A stretch of DNA of 63,990 nucleotides, filler included, from Craspedostauros australis (lineage: Eukaryota): assembly GCA_030167865.1 (NCBI GenBank). It is 20 parts of 20 records of this genome, joined end to end, with 100 filler letters (N's around TTAATTAATTAA, not from the genome) between each part and the next. Parts side by side here need not be neighbours in the genome. Positions count along the whole stretch, not along the records: positions 25,607 to 36,859 come from JALAGF010005088.1; 19 more parts are not named here. One strand, 5' to 3'. Both the position numbers and the translations under genes were made by a program. How positions within the stretch are numbered: the stretch's first letter is position 1; the number at the start of each line of letters is the position of its first letter. The notes beneath the pieces were generated by a model. It was not told where the DNA came from and did no database searches. It worked only from the letters and a program-made list of their open reading frames with translations. This document shows positions 25,607 through 36,959 of the stretch, piece after piece.

Positions 25607-27348
25607 AGTGATGGCGCACGTCGATGTGCCGCGATCGTTGGGATGTCGATGGGTTCTTGGCGATGAAGATCGCTCCGATGTTGTCCACACAGACCTTGAT
25701 CGGTGTCTTCACTGGGACGCCCACACTTTCGAGTAGCTGTACGACGAAGAAGATCTCCTTTGCTGCTTCGGAAAGGGCAACGTATTCTGCTTCGGATGAG
25801 CTGAGTGTGACGGCCTTCTGTGCCNNNNNNNNNNNNNNNNNNNNNNNNNNNNNNNNNNNNNNNNNNNNNNNNNNCCTTCTGTGCCTTGGATCGCCAAAGG
25901 ATTGGCACCTTGCACAGGTATAGGATGAATCCCCCTACGCTGATTCTCGTGTTCTTGTTTCCTGCGTATTCGCTATCGCAAAAGAGCTCCATGTCCCAGC
26001 CGTAATTGTCTGGACGCGCTGGATGGATCTTCAGTCCGTAGTCCTTTGTATCGATCACATACTTGATGATCCGATACATCTCCTTCATTGCGGCCTTGGT
26101 GGGCCCGATCAATACCTTGGAGAGTTCNNNNNNNNNNNNNNNNNNNTCTGGTCGCGAGTGCTTGATGAGGAAGAGTAGCATACCGACGCCTCGGCGGTAT
26201 TCGGCATGTTCTTCCGGTCCGACCTTCTGTAATCCGTTGTCTTCGGATGGTCGTACGATGATTTGACCCGGGGTTCCCGGTGTCCCATACCGTTGCATCT
26301 TCTCAACCTTGGTTCCGAATTCTTCGATGAGGTGTCGGATGAGATGTGGTTGACGCAATGTCGCTCTAGTTTTGTCATGATTCAGTTCGATGTTGCAGCT
26401 GAGGTAATCTCCGAGTCCGCGCTCGATTGTCACCTTGAACTTGCTGCCTTGGATGTCCTTCAGGAATGCCTCCAGTGCCTTGGAGTCTCCGCAACAGAAG
26501 CAATCGTCCACGTAGATGGCCACAATCATACTTCCTTCGTTCGTCTTCCTGTAGAACAGGCACGGGTCTGCTGCGCTCTGTTCGAAGTTGATATTCTTGA
26601 GGGTCGATACCAACATNNNNNNNNNNNNNNNNNNNNNNNNNNNNNNNNNNNNNNNNNNNNNNTGTAGGGTCAGGGCTTCGTCTGGTTGATGATCCATCCC
26701 GTTGGGACAGTTCATGTAGATCTCCTTGTCGAGGTCTCCATGTAGGAATGTCGATACAACATCGACGAGTGCGCAGTCCATCTTCTTGATCAGCATGATC
26801 ACCATCATGACCCGATAGGTTACATCATGGATGACAGGTGAGTAATGCTCTTGGAAGTCTACTCCTGCGACTTGTGAATAGCCACATGCAACGAGCCGCG
26901 CTCGATGTGTGCCGTCACGCTTCANNNNNNNNNNNNNNNNNNNNNNNNNNNNNNNNNNNNNNNNNNNNNNNNNNTCTCGTTTGATCTTGCTGTACACCTT
27001 GCGTGTATCCATGGAGTCGAACTCCTTCTTGATGGCTGCTCGATATCCCTTTCGATGGATAGGATCTGGATGATTGAAGGCTCCATCGAATGTCGTTGGT
27101 TCGATGTGCTTCTCTGGTTCTTTGTTCTCGTCCTGCATCGATAGTCCGATATCGATTGCTGGTGCCTCGGTGATGATTGCGTTCATCCCATATAGTCCTG
27201 TTGTGCTATGGTGGGTAATCTCGATCTCTCCTTCATCTGTGATTTCTTCGTCATCTGTAGTTTCGTTGTTGGAGTCGTCAATCATCTCGTCGCTGAGTTC
27301 GTCACTCGCCTCATCGGATGATGGATCGCTCTCATAGCCTTCTTCCTT
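25607..27348 (-). CDS. Copia RT-RNase H, in frame with the upstream ORF after a single TGA
   Basis: RARLVACGYSQ, VDVVSTFLHG, IYVDD, FCDSEYAG; 21 open codons lie between the TGA (27349-27351) and the ATG at 27285. Confidence 0.9.
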
Positions 27349-30300
27349 TCAACCTTGTTCGTTGAAGTCTGCGAGCTCGCGCAGAGCTCTGGGAATACTC
27401 TTCCCTGTAGTTGACTTGGGATTAGCTTTTCCCTTCCTGCCTCGTGCTTCGTGACGTCGGATCCTCTCCTTTCTGGCTATGTCACGCTTGTTTGGTTTGC
27501 TTGGTGGAGATCTGGATGGACTGTCATGTGTAGACCTCGCTGGTGTATTCGGAGGAGTGACGCCTGTGTCATCGTCGGCTTCGTCGCCGGATGGTATGGT
27601 TTCGTCATCCTCATGATTGGATTCGCTCCGATCTTCCTCGTCGTTATGGACTAGTTGAGTCACTACTCCGTCGTCCTCATTATCCTCATCGTCGCTGTCC
27701 GATAGGATGTAGTACCTGTTGGTGTCAGCGAAAGATACTCTCTTCGCTTCTGATGTTCGACGCATTGCCGTCCTTGGCATCGCCCGCTTCCGTCCGATGG
27801 TCGTGAAGCTGTCTGCGTCCGTTGTTCCTACTTTGCTGAATATGTTCGGTGCTGGTGCCCAGCCATGGAACTGTCCGTATGATTGGTTGAGCCACTTGAT
27901 GTCGCGTGAACAGATGAGTGACTTGGTTGATGGTCTGTACATGTTGTAGACCCCTGATGCGTGTTGGTGTGCATATCCAATGAACACCATCTCTTCTCCT
28001 CTGTTCTTGAGTTTGGCGGTGATCCCGCCATAAGTAGTCTTCACAACACCCACCTCTCCAAATGTGCGGAGTGCATCCGCGTATGGTGGATCGCTGCCGA
28101 AGAATTGGCGGTACGGTGACTCCTTCTGATTCTTCGCTACAGTGATGTTGGCGATGGCGGTGGCAGTGCTCGCAGCCGCTGCCCACAGGCCATGCCTATA
28201 CTCTTCGTCGAGTTGTGCTCCATTGAGCATGGAGCGTATCTTGGTGTAGAGGTACGCGAACTTGCGTTCCACTCTGCCGTTCTGTTGCGGCGTGTTCGAT
28301 GCCATGAATTCGAATTTCATGTTGAGTCCTGCATCGATGAGAATATCCTCCGTGGATTTGTTCTCTCCGCTGTTGTCTCCTCGGAAGATGATTTGTTGAT
28401 CACCTGTCTGTGATTTGATCGTTTGGATGAATCGTTTGATGTACCCTGGTTGATCACTCTTGTTCTTGAGAAAGAAACTCCAGCAGTGATCCGTGCAGTC
28501 GTCCACGATCAGGGTCCAGTAGCGTTTGTCTCCGAAGCTTATGTGTTTAGTGTAACTAATGTCAATGAAGAGTCGTTCGCCGCGGCGAGTTGCTCTTGGA
28601 ATCGTTGCCTTCGGAATGTTCTTCACTCTCGCATTCGCGACCGCGCAGTCGCGACCTACTGGCATCTCGCCGATGATCTTCCATCCGTATTGGGCGGCCG
28701 TCCGCTTCATGGTCTCGAGTGGCGCGTGGCCGAGCATTCGGTGCAGGTTCACTGCGCTGATCTCCTTGGATGGATTCTTGATGATGGCTGTGCAAGCCTT
28801 GTCGTCGTCTGTCGGCATGATGGGATGCATCTGCACTCCCGTGATGAATCCGTTGGATGTGGGGAAGACTCGATCGAATACGATCTTCGTTCCGGATCCG
28901 TTGATGATGTCCATTAGAATGCCGTTGTTACCAAGCTGGTAACCATTGTACAGAGCCTTGTTCGTAGAGAAAAGGTTCACCACCATTTTCGGTGTGTACT
29001 TCACATCATCGAGCCGGATGATGTGGCCAGTGTTGTTTCGTTGCTTGACTTTCAAGCGAATGGATCCCATCTTGGGAGAGTCCAGTTTCGTGCTGTCTCC
29101 CACTTGGACGAATGACTTGATGTGCCGCACGTTGAAAAGAGCGGCGTCCGAGTTGATGATGTGACACGAAGCTCCGCTGTCGGCGAGCCAGGTGTCCTTG
29201 TTGACCTTGTCCTTGTATCTGGTGCTCAGCTCGTGGAGCTGCTCCACATCTGCTGCAGCTATCTCGTCGTCGAAGCTGCCGTCATCGTCGTCTTCGTGGA
29301 CTCCGTCTTCGTTGTATGGAGGATGATGATCTCCGTCATCCATGTTGTCGGGTAGTTGCGCATAGTCCGATGGAATCGTGCTGTTTCGATGTGATCCTGT
29401 GGCTGGATCGTATGGGTGGACGCGTGGTCGTTCGCGTAAGCGTACGCGCATACATCCTCCAAGGATGTAATGCAGATCCGTTTCTGGGATCGTCTCTGTC
29501 TCGGCTGCTTCCAGTATGCGATTGATCACAACCGAATTGGCGAGAATCTCTTCGATTGATCTGAAGTTCTCAGATAGGATGGATCCCATCATGTTCACCC
29601 ATATTGGTCTGAGCACTCTTTGTGCGATTCCTGGGAACAGTTTCACTCCTGCTTCCATCACAGCATCGAAGATGAGTTGCTTCTGGATTACCAATGCTGT
29701 TTCCGTTCCATACGAAATGGTGTCATGACGATGGAGGTAGTTTGATTCGTTGGGATTCCCAATCGGTGGGAAGTCGATGTCTCTTGGATAGACGACACGC
29801 TCGTTTGGATTGAAGCTGTCGTCCGGATGATCCTCGGTTTCGTCGCTGTCATCTTNGTCGAAGATACCCGATCTGTTGTTCCCCGCCACTGGAGGAGGCG
29901 GTGCTGCGCCGCCGTTCGTTTCGTCTCGGCCTCTATCATTGTCGTTGATCTCGTCGTCGGCCTCTTCGCTCATGGCCTCTTCGATGTCGCTATCGTTGGC
30001 CTCGTTGCCCATCTCGGCTTCGTCGCCGTATGGACCGATCAGGTCGTGCGCGTTGAAGCAGCATTCGTAGCTCACTTCGCGTCTTGGATCCACTTCGTGG
30101 ATGATTGGCTCCTCGCTGAGCCACTCCGGGACGATCTCATCGTCCTGCACTTCGTCGTCACTCCCGACGTACTCGAAGNNNNNNNNNNNNNNNNNNNNNN
30201 NNNNNNNNNNNNNNNNNNNNNNNNNNNNTCTCGTCGTCGGCCTCTTCGCTCATGGCCTCTTCGATGTCGCTATCGTTGGCCTCGTTGCCCATCTCGGCTT

Positions 30301-31975
30301 CGTCGCCGTATGGACCGATCAGGTCGTGCGCGTTGAAGCAGCATTCGTAGCTCACTTCGCGTCTTGGATCCACNNNNNNNNNNNNNNNNNNNNNNCTGAG
30401 CCACTCCGGGACGATCTCATCGTCCTGCACTTCGTCGTCACTCCCGACGTACTCGAAGTTATCGAAGAAGGAGTCTTCGATGTAGTCCTCGGACACCAAC
30501 ATGCAGAGCGGCATGTCCTTTGCCGAGAGTACCATCTCGTGTCCGCTCTTGTCGTGTCCTTCCGTTGCCGTGTTGGCTTGTTCGTTGTTCTTCTTGCTTT
30601 CGTTGGACTTCTTCTTTCGGCACTCCGCCTCGCGGTGTCCGAAGATGCCACAGTAGTTGCACTTGCCGTTGAAGCCGCTTCCTTTGTTGCGGTAGTTGTT
30701 GCGCTTTCCGTTCATCTTGTTGTTGTTGTTGTTGTTGTTGTTTTTCTTGTTGTTCGATTTCTTGCGTTCTGGGCAATCGGCGGATCTGTGACCATACACA
30801 CCACAGTTGTGGCAGGTACCCTTGAATTTACCGGTGCTCGTGAAGCCAGTGTCGTTGCTCTTCGTGTTACTGTCTTGGAAGTCGTCGATGTACGCTTTGC
30901 CTCCTTGATGAGTGGCGTATGCTGTGCGGAGTACTCCTCTGATCGTGTTGATGGTAACGAGTTCCGGATTAAACGTGAGTTGGTGTTGGAAGTTCACGAT
31001 GTGGGTTCTGTATTCATTGCTCACCGTGCTGAGGATCTGCATGATCATCTCTTCGTCTGTGATCGTGTACTTGACATCGTGGAGACGCGATCGTAGACCC
31101 TCAAGTCGTGTGATGTAGATGTCGGGGTCCGTGTCTCTCTTCATCTTTTCGTTGTTGAACTGACGCTTGAGTTTGATCTTCGTTGCTGCGTCGGATGGGC
31201 GGAACTTCTCCGCGAGAACGTTCCACGCTGCGTGTGGATCTCCTTCAGGGTAGTCGTCGGAGATGCATTGGTTGATGTACTGGATGGCCTGCTTGCCTTT
31301 TCCTTTCTCTGCATCCATCATGAGGATCAGATCGCTGAAGCAGTCGCATCCCAGCTCGTAGATTTCCTCCATCGCTTCCTTGGCCTCGCCGGCGGCTGCC
31401 ACGATCTCGCTCACTGTTGGCACTTTGGTCTTGCCCAACATCACGTCTCTTGTCTTCTGTGCACGAGCGTATGCTTTCGCTTGGGATTCCCATGCGCTGT
31501 AGTCTTCCTGTTCACCGCTGAACATCGGCGCCTTGATGCGTCGCTTGTTCATGTTGGCTGATGTCGCCATGNNNNNNNNNNNNNNNNNNNNNNNNNNNNN
31601 NNNNNNNNNNNNNNNNNNNNNNNNNNNNNNNNNNNNNNNNNNNNNNNNNNNNNNNNNNNNNNNNNNNNNNNNNNNNNTCACAAATTCTCCTCCTGGTGGT
31701 GTCTCACTTTTCCCACCCTGTTTGGCTGTGCGAATGCTCTCCGTCACACCAGTCTCCTCTTGCTTGACCGCCTTGAGAATTCTCTTCTCCTCGCGGTGTA
31801 CTTTTGCAGACCGTTCCTCTTCGGTCTCGTTGATCGCACTTGCGTCTGCGCCTGATAGGACAGTAGCCGCAGCTGCTTCCTTCTGTTCTTGAAGTTGAGT
31901 CTCGCTCGCACCTTCTTCTTGCTTGATAGCCAGTTGGGACAGAGGGATGTCTTTCAATTCCTCTTCCTCGCTCAT
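27349..31975 (-). CDS. Copia gag-protease-integrase polyprotein; the apparent break at about 30180-30395 is an assembly gap with overlap
   Basis: Gag PMFSGEQEDYSAW; two CCHC knuckles (CHNCGVYGHRSADC, CNYCGIFGHREAEC); WLADSGASCH; H-x4-H (LHRMLGH); RGDNSGEN; PQQNGRVE. Confidence 0.9.
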
Positions 31976-32090
31976 TCAGCCTGCTGCTCTTGAATGATGT
32001 TCGTCTTCCTCGCACGATCCAATCCGCGGGCTCGCCCTGATCTATCGTTTATAAACGTGTTGGCAAGTTCCGCTCACGGTAACCTACGAT

Positions 32091-32265
32091 TGTGGAAGAT
32101 GGTGTTGGTTGATAGTCGTTCGTTTGCTATTTCATTACTTGGCTACTCCGATCCTCTTGGTGTACGCCCGTTCTCTTGCCCAATGCTCTCGGTGCTTCAA
32201 TCTGTTTTGTAGATTCAGTCTCCGACTATGAGTCGGTACGCGAGATGCTCTCTCGCTCCTCTCTG

Positions 32266-32299
<34 letters not shown>

Positions 32300-33274
32300 A
32301 CTGTGTGCTCGTGCTACATGATACTCCGTGTTTGATGCGTACTCCGCATTCAACACTCCGTTTGTTCAGTATTGCCTCTTACTCCATGAGTACTTACCAT
32401 TTGAAGTTCACCTTCTGTATCCATGATGCTGATCCTCTTCAGTCATCGGATCTTCGCCCCCTGCTCTGACTTGGAGACAGATGTCGATGTGGTGACACGA
32501 TGACATCCTGTTGACGTCAGTAGGCCTCCTTCTGCTCTCCAGATGTCACGTTCCATTGGTGATGCAGCAGTCTGTCAGATGATATTGTCATCTGAGGTTT
32601 AGTTGGGAAGTACCTCGAGATTCTCTTGGTACCATTGATGGATGGACGGACGATTTTCCAATTCTCTCAGAAATCGTTATTTGCAAATTTCCTCCAGAAA
32701 TCTTGCCCCTTTTCGTGTGTTCCATTTCCCCTGTATTCTGACGAATCACAGTATACTATTGACACGAATGTAGTTATACCGTCTAAGTGCGTATGAGAGA
32801 ATAACGGGTGAACGATGCACATATACTCGTACATCTCGGCATGTACTCACATGTACATCTTGACACAGGCTGGTTATGATGGATGCATGTCGTGTCGTCA
32901 TTCGTGCTCTTGAGCGGATAGGGGCATCGCCTCCGTTTCTCTTTCTCATTGGGGCGACTCTTTGTCCGTCGATGCGTGTCAACATGTCTGGTACATATCG
33001 ACAGTTTCGCCCATAGTCTTGGCTCATGTGCAATTACATCCCTAGTGGTCAATCCATAGGTTCGCCCTCATTACAGCGGTGGTACATGGATAGGCTCCAT
33101 GATGGGACATGACCAAGATTGTTGTCATTCATGGGCAGAGGGGTTCAAGGGGGACAAACTACAAGGTGGTCCAAGTGTGATCAACAAAGTTGATCCCATC
33201 AAGCCATGAAGATATTATTGGGAGGTGCGGCAATCATGGGTATCTTGATTACATATTACCCCCGATTCCTGACA
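32091..33274 (-). repeat. 5' LTR / leader of the family A element (inner boundary uncertain), containing a (GA)n tract near 32269-32296
   Basis: The outer terminus matches the other LTR starts in the window. The inner CA end and PBS were not confidently located; 32091 is only a candidate. Confidence 0.6.
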
Positions 33275-33402
33275 CCAATTTTAGTAACTGCTCTTGATGC
33301 TACATCTCAACAGCACATCATTTCCAATTAACCCTAAACAGTCCATAAGCTTGGCCAGTTGTGTTGAGAAAATTGGAGTGAATTAGATTCCAGGAATCCT
33401 GG

Positions 33403-36400
33403 TTATTTCAATGATGTGAGGAGACCAAGCTGAGTTGGAAGCGGTCGAGTGAATTTGGTCCTTTCTAGATCAAGATAGGTGAGTGCTGTCAGTTGACCAA
33501 TCTCGGATGGAAGTTGCCCAGTGAAGTCAGTTAATCCCAGATCAAGATAGGTGAGCGCTGTCAGTTGACCAATCTCGGATGGAAGCTGTCCAGTGAAGTC
33601 AGCAAGTGCTAGACGAAGAGATCGCAATGCTGTGAGTTGACCAACCTCGGATGGAAGCTGTCCAGTGAAGTCAGAAGGTCCCAAATCAAGAGAAACGAGG
33701 TATGTCAGCTGACCAATCTCGGATGGAAGCCGCCCAGTGAAATTGGTAAGCCCCAGGTAAAGATATCCCAATCCCGTCAGTTGACCGATCTCGGATGGAA
33801 GCCGCCCAGTGAAGTCAGTATATCCCAATCGAAGAGAGCCGAGTGCTGTCAGCTGACCAATCTCGGATGGAAGCTGTCCAGTGAAGTCAGTAGATCCCAG
33901 AACAAGATCGGTGAGCGCTGTCAGTTGACCAATCTCGGATGGAAGCTGTCCAGTGAAGTCAGCAAGTGCTAGATGAAGAGATCGCAATGCTGTGAGTTGA
34001 CCAACCTCGGATGGAAGCTGTCCAGTGGAGCCAATAGATCTCAGATAGAGATAGGTGAGCGCTGTGAGTTGACCAATCTCGGACGGAAGCTGTCCAGTGA
34101 AATTGGTCCTGTCTAGATCAAGATAGGTGAGCGCTGTCAGTTGACCAATCTCGGATGGAAGCTGTCCAGTGAAATTGGTCCTGTCTAGATCAAGATAGGT
34201 GAGCGCTGTCAGTTGACCAATCTCGGATGGAAGCTGTCCAGTGAAGTCAGTAGATCCCAGAACAAGATCGGTGAGCGCTGTCAGTTGACCAATCTCGGAT
34301 GGAAGCTGTCTAGTGAAGTCAGTTGCACTCAAATCAAGATCGGTGAGAGCTGTCAGTTGACCAATCTCGGATGGAAGCCGCCCAGTGAATTCAGTATATC
34401 TCAGACCAAGATAGGTGAGCGCTGTCAATTGACCAAGCTCGGATGGAAGCTGCCCAGTGAAGTCAGTTGCACTCAAATCAAGATCGGTGAGAGCTGTCAG
34501 TTGACCAATCTCGGATGGAAGCCGCCCAGTGAATTCAGTATGTCTCAGACCAAGATAGGTGAGCGCTGTCAGTTGACCAATCTCCGATGGAAGCTGCCCA
34601 GTGGAATCCAGGTAAAGACGTTTCAGTGCTGTCAGTTGACCAATCTCGGATGGAAGCCGCCCAGTGAATTCAGTACGTCTCAGACCAAGATAGGTGAGCG
34701 CTGTCAGTTGACCAATCTCCGATGGAAGCTGCCCAGTGGAATCCAGGTAAAGACGTTTCAGTGCTGTCAGTTGACCAATCTCGGATGGAAGCTGTCCAGT
34801 GAAGTGAGTAGATCCCAGAGCAAGATCGGTGAGCGCTGTCAGTTGACCAATCTCGGATGGAAGTTGCCCAGTGAAGTCAGTCTGTTCTAGATCAAGATAG
34901 GTGAGTGCTGTCAGTTGACCAATCTCAGATGGAAGTTGCCCAGTGAAGCCAGTTGCTCTCAAATCAAGATAGGTGAGTGCTGATAGTTGACCAATCTCGG
35001 ATGGAAGCCGCCCAGTTAAGTCAGTAGATCGCAGATCAAGAAAAGCAAGGGCTGTCAGCTGACCAATCTTGGATGGAAGCTGCCCAGTGAAATCAGTAGG
35101 CCCCAAATCAAGAAAGGTGAGTGCTGTCAGCTGACCAATCTCGGATGGAATCTGTCCAATGAGATTGGTGAAATCCAGGTCAAGAGACGCGAGTGCTGTC
35201 AGCTGACCAATCTCGGATGGAAGTTGCCCAGTGAAGCGCGTCCCTTCCAGGTCAAGATGTTGCAATACTGTCAGCCAACCAATCTCAGATGGGAACTGTG
35301 CAGTGAATTTGGTCCGTTCTAGATCAAGAAAGGTGAGTGCTGTCAGCTGAACAATCTCGGATGGAAGTTGCCCAGTGAAGCGCGTCCGTTCCAGGTCAAG
35401 ATGTTGCAAAACTGTCAGCCGACCAATCTCAGATGGGAACTGTGCAGTGAAACCAGTTGCTCTCAAATCAAGAAAGGTGAGTGCTGATAGTTGACCAATC
35501 TCGGATGGAAGACGCCCTAAGAAGGTATTGTTCTCCAGGCCAAGATGTCGCAAAGCTGGAAATCGACCAATCTCGGATGGAAGCCTCCAATAGAAGTTGT
35601 TGGAAGCCAGGTCAAGATGTGTCAATTGTTGAAGTTGATACAATTGTGACGGAAACCAATCTCCCAGTTCCATGTACACTAGAGTTAGCTCTGATAGCAT
35701 ACTCAACATGCCAATGCGACTGAAGATGATACCATCGATCTGTCCGCGAGTGCTGGAAGTCATTTCCATTGACCATTGCTCCAGGTGCGAGAGATGATAC
35801 AGGGCTGGATCGAGTGTGCCCCGCATGCCTTCGTCACCCATAGCTACTTGTACCACATGGCCATTATCGCATGTCACACCACCGGAGGAAGAGTGCCAGT
35901 CGCACAGGTCAGCATCTGATAGAAAGCCCATCTTGTCGTTCCAATTGGCTCCATCGAGTGAAAAGTACATGCTCACCACTGCATAGTACTCCAATAGATG
36001 TGTGACATTGGCTTGTACATCTTCTGCGATCATTGATGTGAGATCTGGGTGGTTGCTGTTTGCCATCCAGTTCAACGTCTGGTGTGCAGTACTGGTTGTG
36101 CTGGCAAGTATGGCTGCATCGATGAAGGTAGGCTCTTTTTGGAGTACAGGCGCGAGCACCTCCCAAATGGTGAAGAAAGCATCCGATTGATCGAAGCTGT
36201 AGCTGCCACTGGGGGAGAACACTACTCTTGCTGCAATGGCACCGGCTACACCGACGACGAGTAACACCACAGTCCCAACACCTTTCCAGGTCCATCCTGC
36301 TTCAGACGCTACTGGCGCAGAGGGAACAGCAGGGATTGGTGGCGGCAGTGTAGCAGACGAATCACATGTTGTCTCGTCATCCATTGTTGGGTATGAATGT

Positions 36401-36570
36401 GGCTGCGGCTGCGGCTGCGGCTGTGTTGGTGGGTTTTGTGTCGGTCGCGCCAGTGACGAAGATGTGAATGGCACCTGCGCAACTTGGCTCTCTCTCGAGA
36501 TTGTGTGTGGTGGTGGTTTGTGGATTACGGTGTTGATGGATTGTGAGGGCGAGGAAATAAGATGCTCCAA
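33403..36570 (-). CDS. Membrane-anchored leucine-rich-repeat protein (diatom type, about 32 LRRs of 24 aa)
   Basis: One hydrophobic helix (VGTVVLLVVGVAGAIAA), an LRR N-cap (YFSLDGANW...LCDW...GVTC), and plant-specific-like repeats LxxLxLxxTxFTGQLPSEIGQ. Confidence 0.92.
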   Translation of the reverse strand: MEHLISSPSQSINTVIHKPPPHTISRESQVAQVPFTSSSLARPTQNPPTQPQPQPQPHSYPTMDDETTCDSSATLPPPIPAVPSAPVASEAGWTWKGVGTVVLLVVGVAGAIAARVVFSPSGSYSFDQSDAFFTIWEVLAPVLQKEPTFIDAAILASTTSTAHQTLNWMANSNHPDLTSMIAEDVQANVTHLLEYYAVVSMYFSLDGANWNDKMGFLSDADLCDWHSSSGGVTCDNGHVVQVAMGDEGMRGTLDPALYHLSHLEQWSMEMTSSTRGQIDGIIFSRIGMLSMLSELTLVYMELGDWFPSQLYQLQQLTHLDLASNNFYWRLPSEIGRFPALRHLGLENNTFLGRLPSEIGQLSALTFLDLRATGFTAQFPSEIGRLTVLQHLDLERTRFTGQLPSEIVQLTALTFLDLERTKFTAQFPSEIGWLTVLQHLDLEGTRFTGQLPSEIGQLTALASLDLDFTNLIGQIPSEIGQLTALTFLDLGPTDFTGQLPSKIGQLTALAFLDLRSTDLTGRLPSEIGQLSALTYLDLRATGFTGQLPSEIGQLTALTYLDLEQTDFTGQLPSEIGQLTALTDLALGSTHFTGQLPSEIGQLTALKRLYLDSTGQLPSEIGQLTALTYLGLRRTEFTGRLPSEIGQLTALKRLYLDSTGQLPSEIGQLTALTYLGLRHTEFTGRLPSEIGQLTALTDLDLSATDFTGQLPSELGQLTALTYLGLRYTEFTGRLPSEIGQLTALTDLDLSATDFTRQLPSEIGQLTALTDLVLGSTDFTGQLPSEIGQLTALTYLDLDRTNFTGQLPSEIGQLTALTYLDLDRTNFTGQLPSEIGQLTALTYLYLRSIGSTGQLPSEVGQLTALRSLHLALADFTGQLPSEIGQLTALTDLVLGSTDFTGQLPSEIGQLTALGSLRLGYTDFTGRLPSEIGQLTGLGYLYLGLTNFTGRLPSEIGQLTYLVSLDLGPSDFTGQLPSEVGQLTALRSLRLALADFTGQLPSEIGQLTALTYLDLGLTDFTGQLPSEIGQLTALTYLDLERTKFTRPLPTQLGLLTSLK

Positions 36571-36959
36571 ACGATTTCAGGCATGTCGACAAGATCAATG
36601 TTGGGAGAGGCAGAGAGAGCAACTTCGCTTCTCTGCAGCAACAGTCCCTTGATCGCACTCGTCAGTGAGGTCGTGGTGGCATTTGCACCACGTTTGTCAT
36701 TTGCATCCGTGGCGGTGATAGTGGGCAGCTGAGGTGTCAACCATTGGTGGTGGTGGCCGGTGTTGGTGTACGGTCGGATGACAGACGGAGCAGCACCAAA
36801 TCCCCATGTTCACAGCGTCTGCAGAGACAAACAGAGAAACCATGATAATCTCGTCTCTCNNNNNNNNNNNNNNNNNNNNNNNNNNNNNNNNNNNNNNNNN
36901 NNNTTAATTAATTAANNNNNNNNNNNNNNNNNNNNNNNNNNNNNNNNNNNNNNNNNNNN

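Larger units (their letters stand above)
25607..33274 (-). mobile_element. Near-complete Ty1/Copia family A element (5' LTR, gag, PR, IN, RT, RH; 3' end lost at the scaffold end)
   Basis: LTR terminus TGTCAGGAATCGGG at 33274, ATG at 31975, all Copia domains present in order. Confidence 0.93.

Noticed and set aside
30229..30373. Tandem duplications next to roughly 50-N gaps (also 11138-11390, 46726-47534, 52156-53290, 53935-54480, 55461-55630, 60650-60850, 62768-63490)
   Set aside because: They always flank a gap, so they are most likely unmerged contig overlaps, haplotypes or paralogous copies
30101..31096. Long antisense ORFs over Copia, LRR and transposase genes (also 550-1449, 34213-34890, 56748-57566)
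   Set aside because: These are shadow frames of real coding or repeated sequence, with no recognisable motifs
32060..32095. Primer-binding site of the family A element
   Set aside because: I found no convincing TGG-type or GGTTATGGGCCC-type tRNA complement, and the inner LTR boundary cannot be fixed without the 3' LTR
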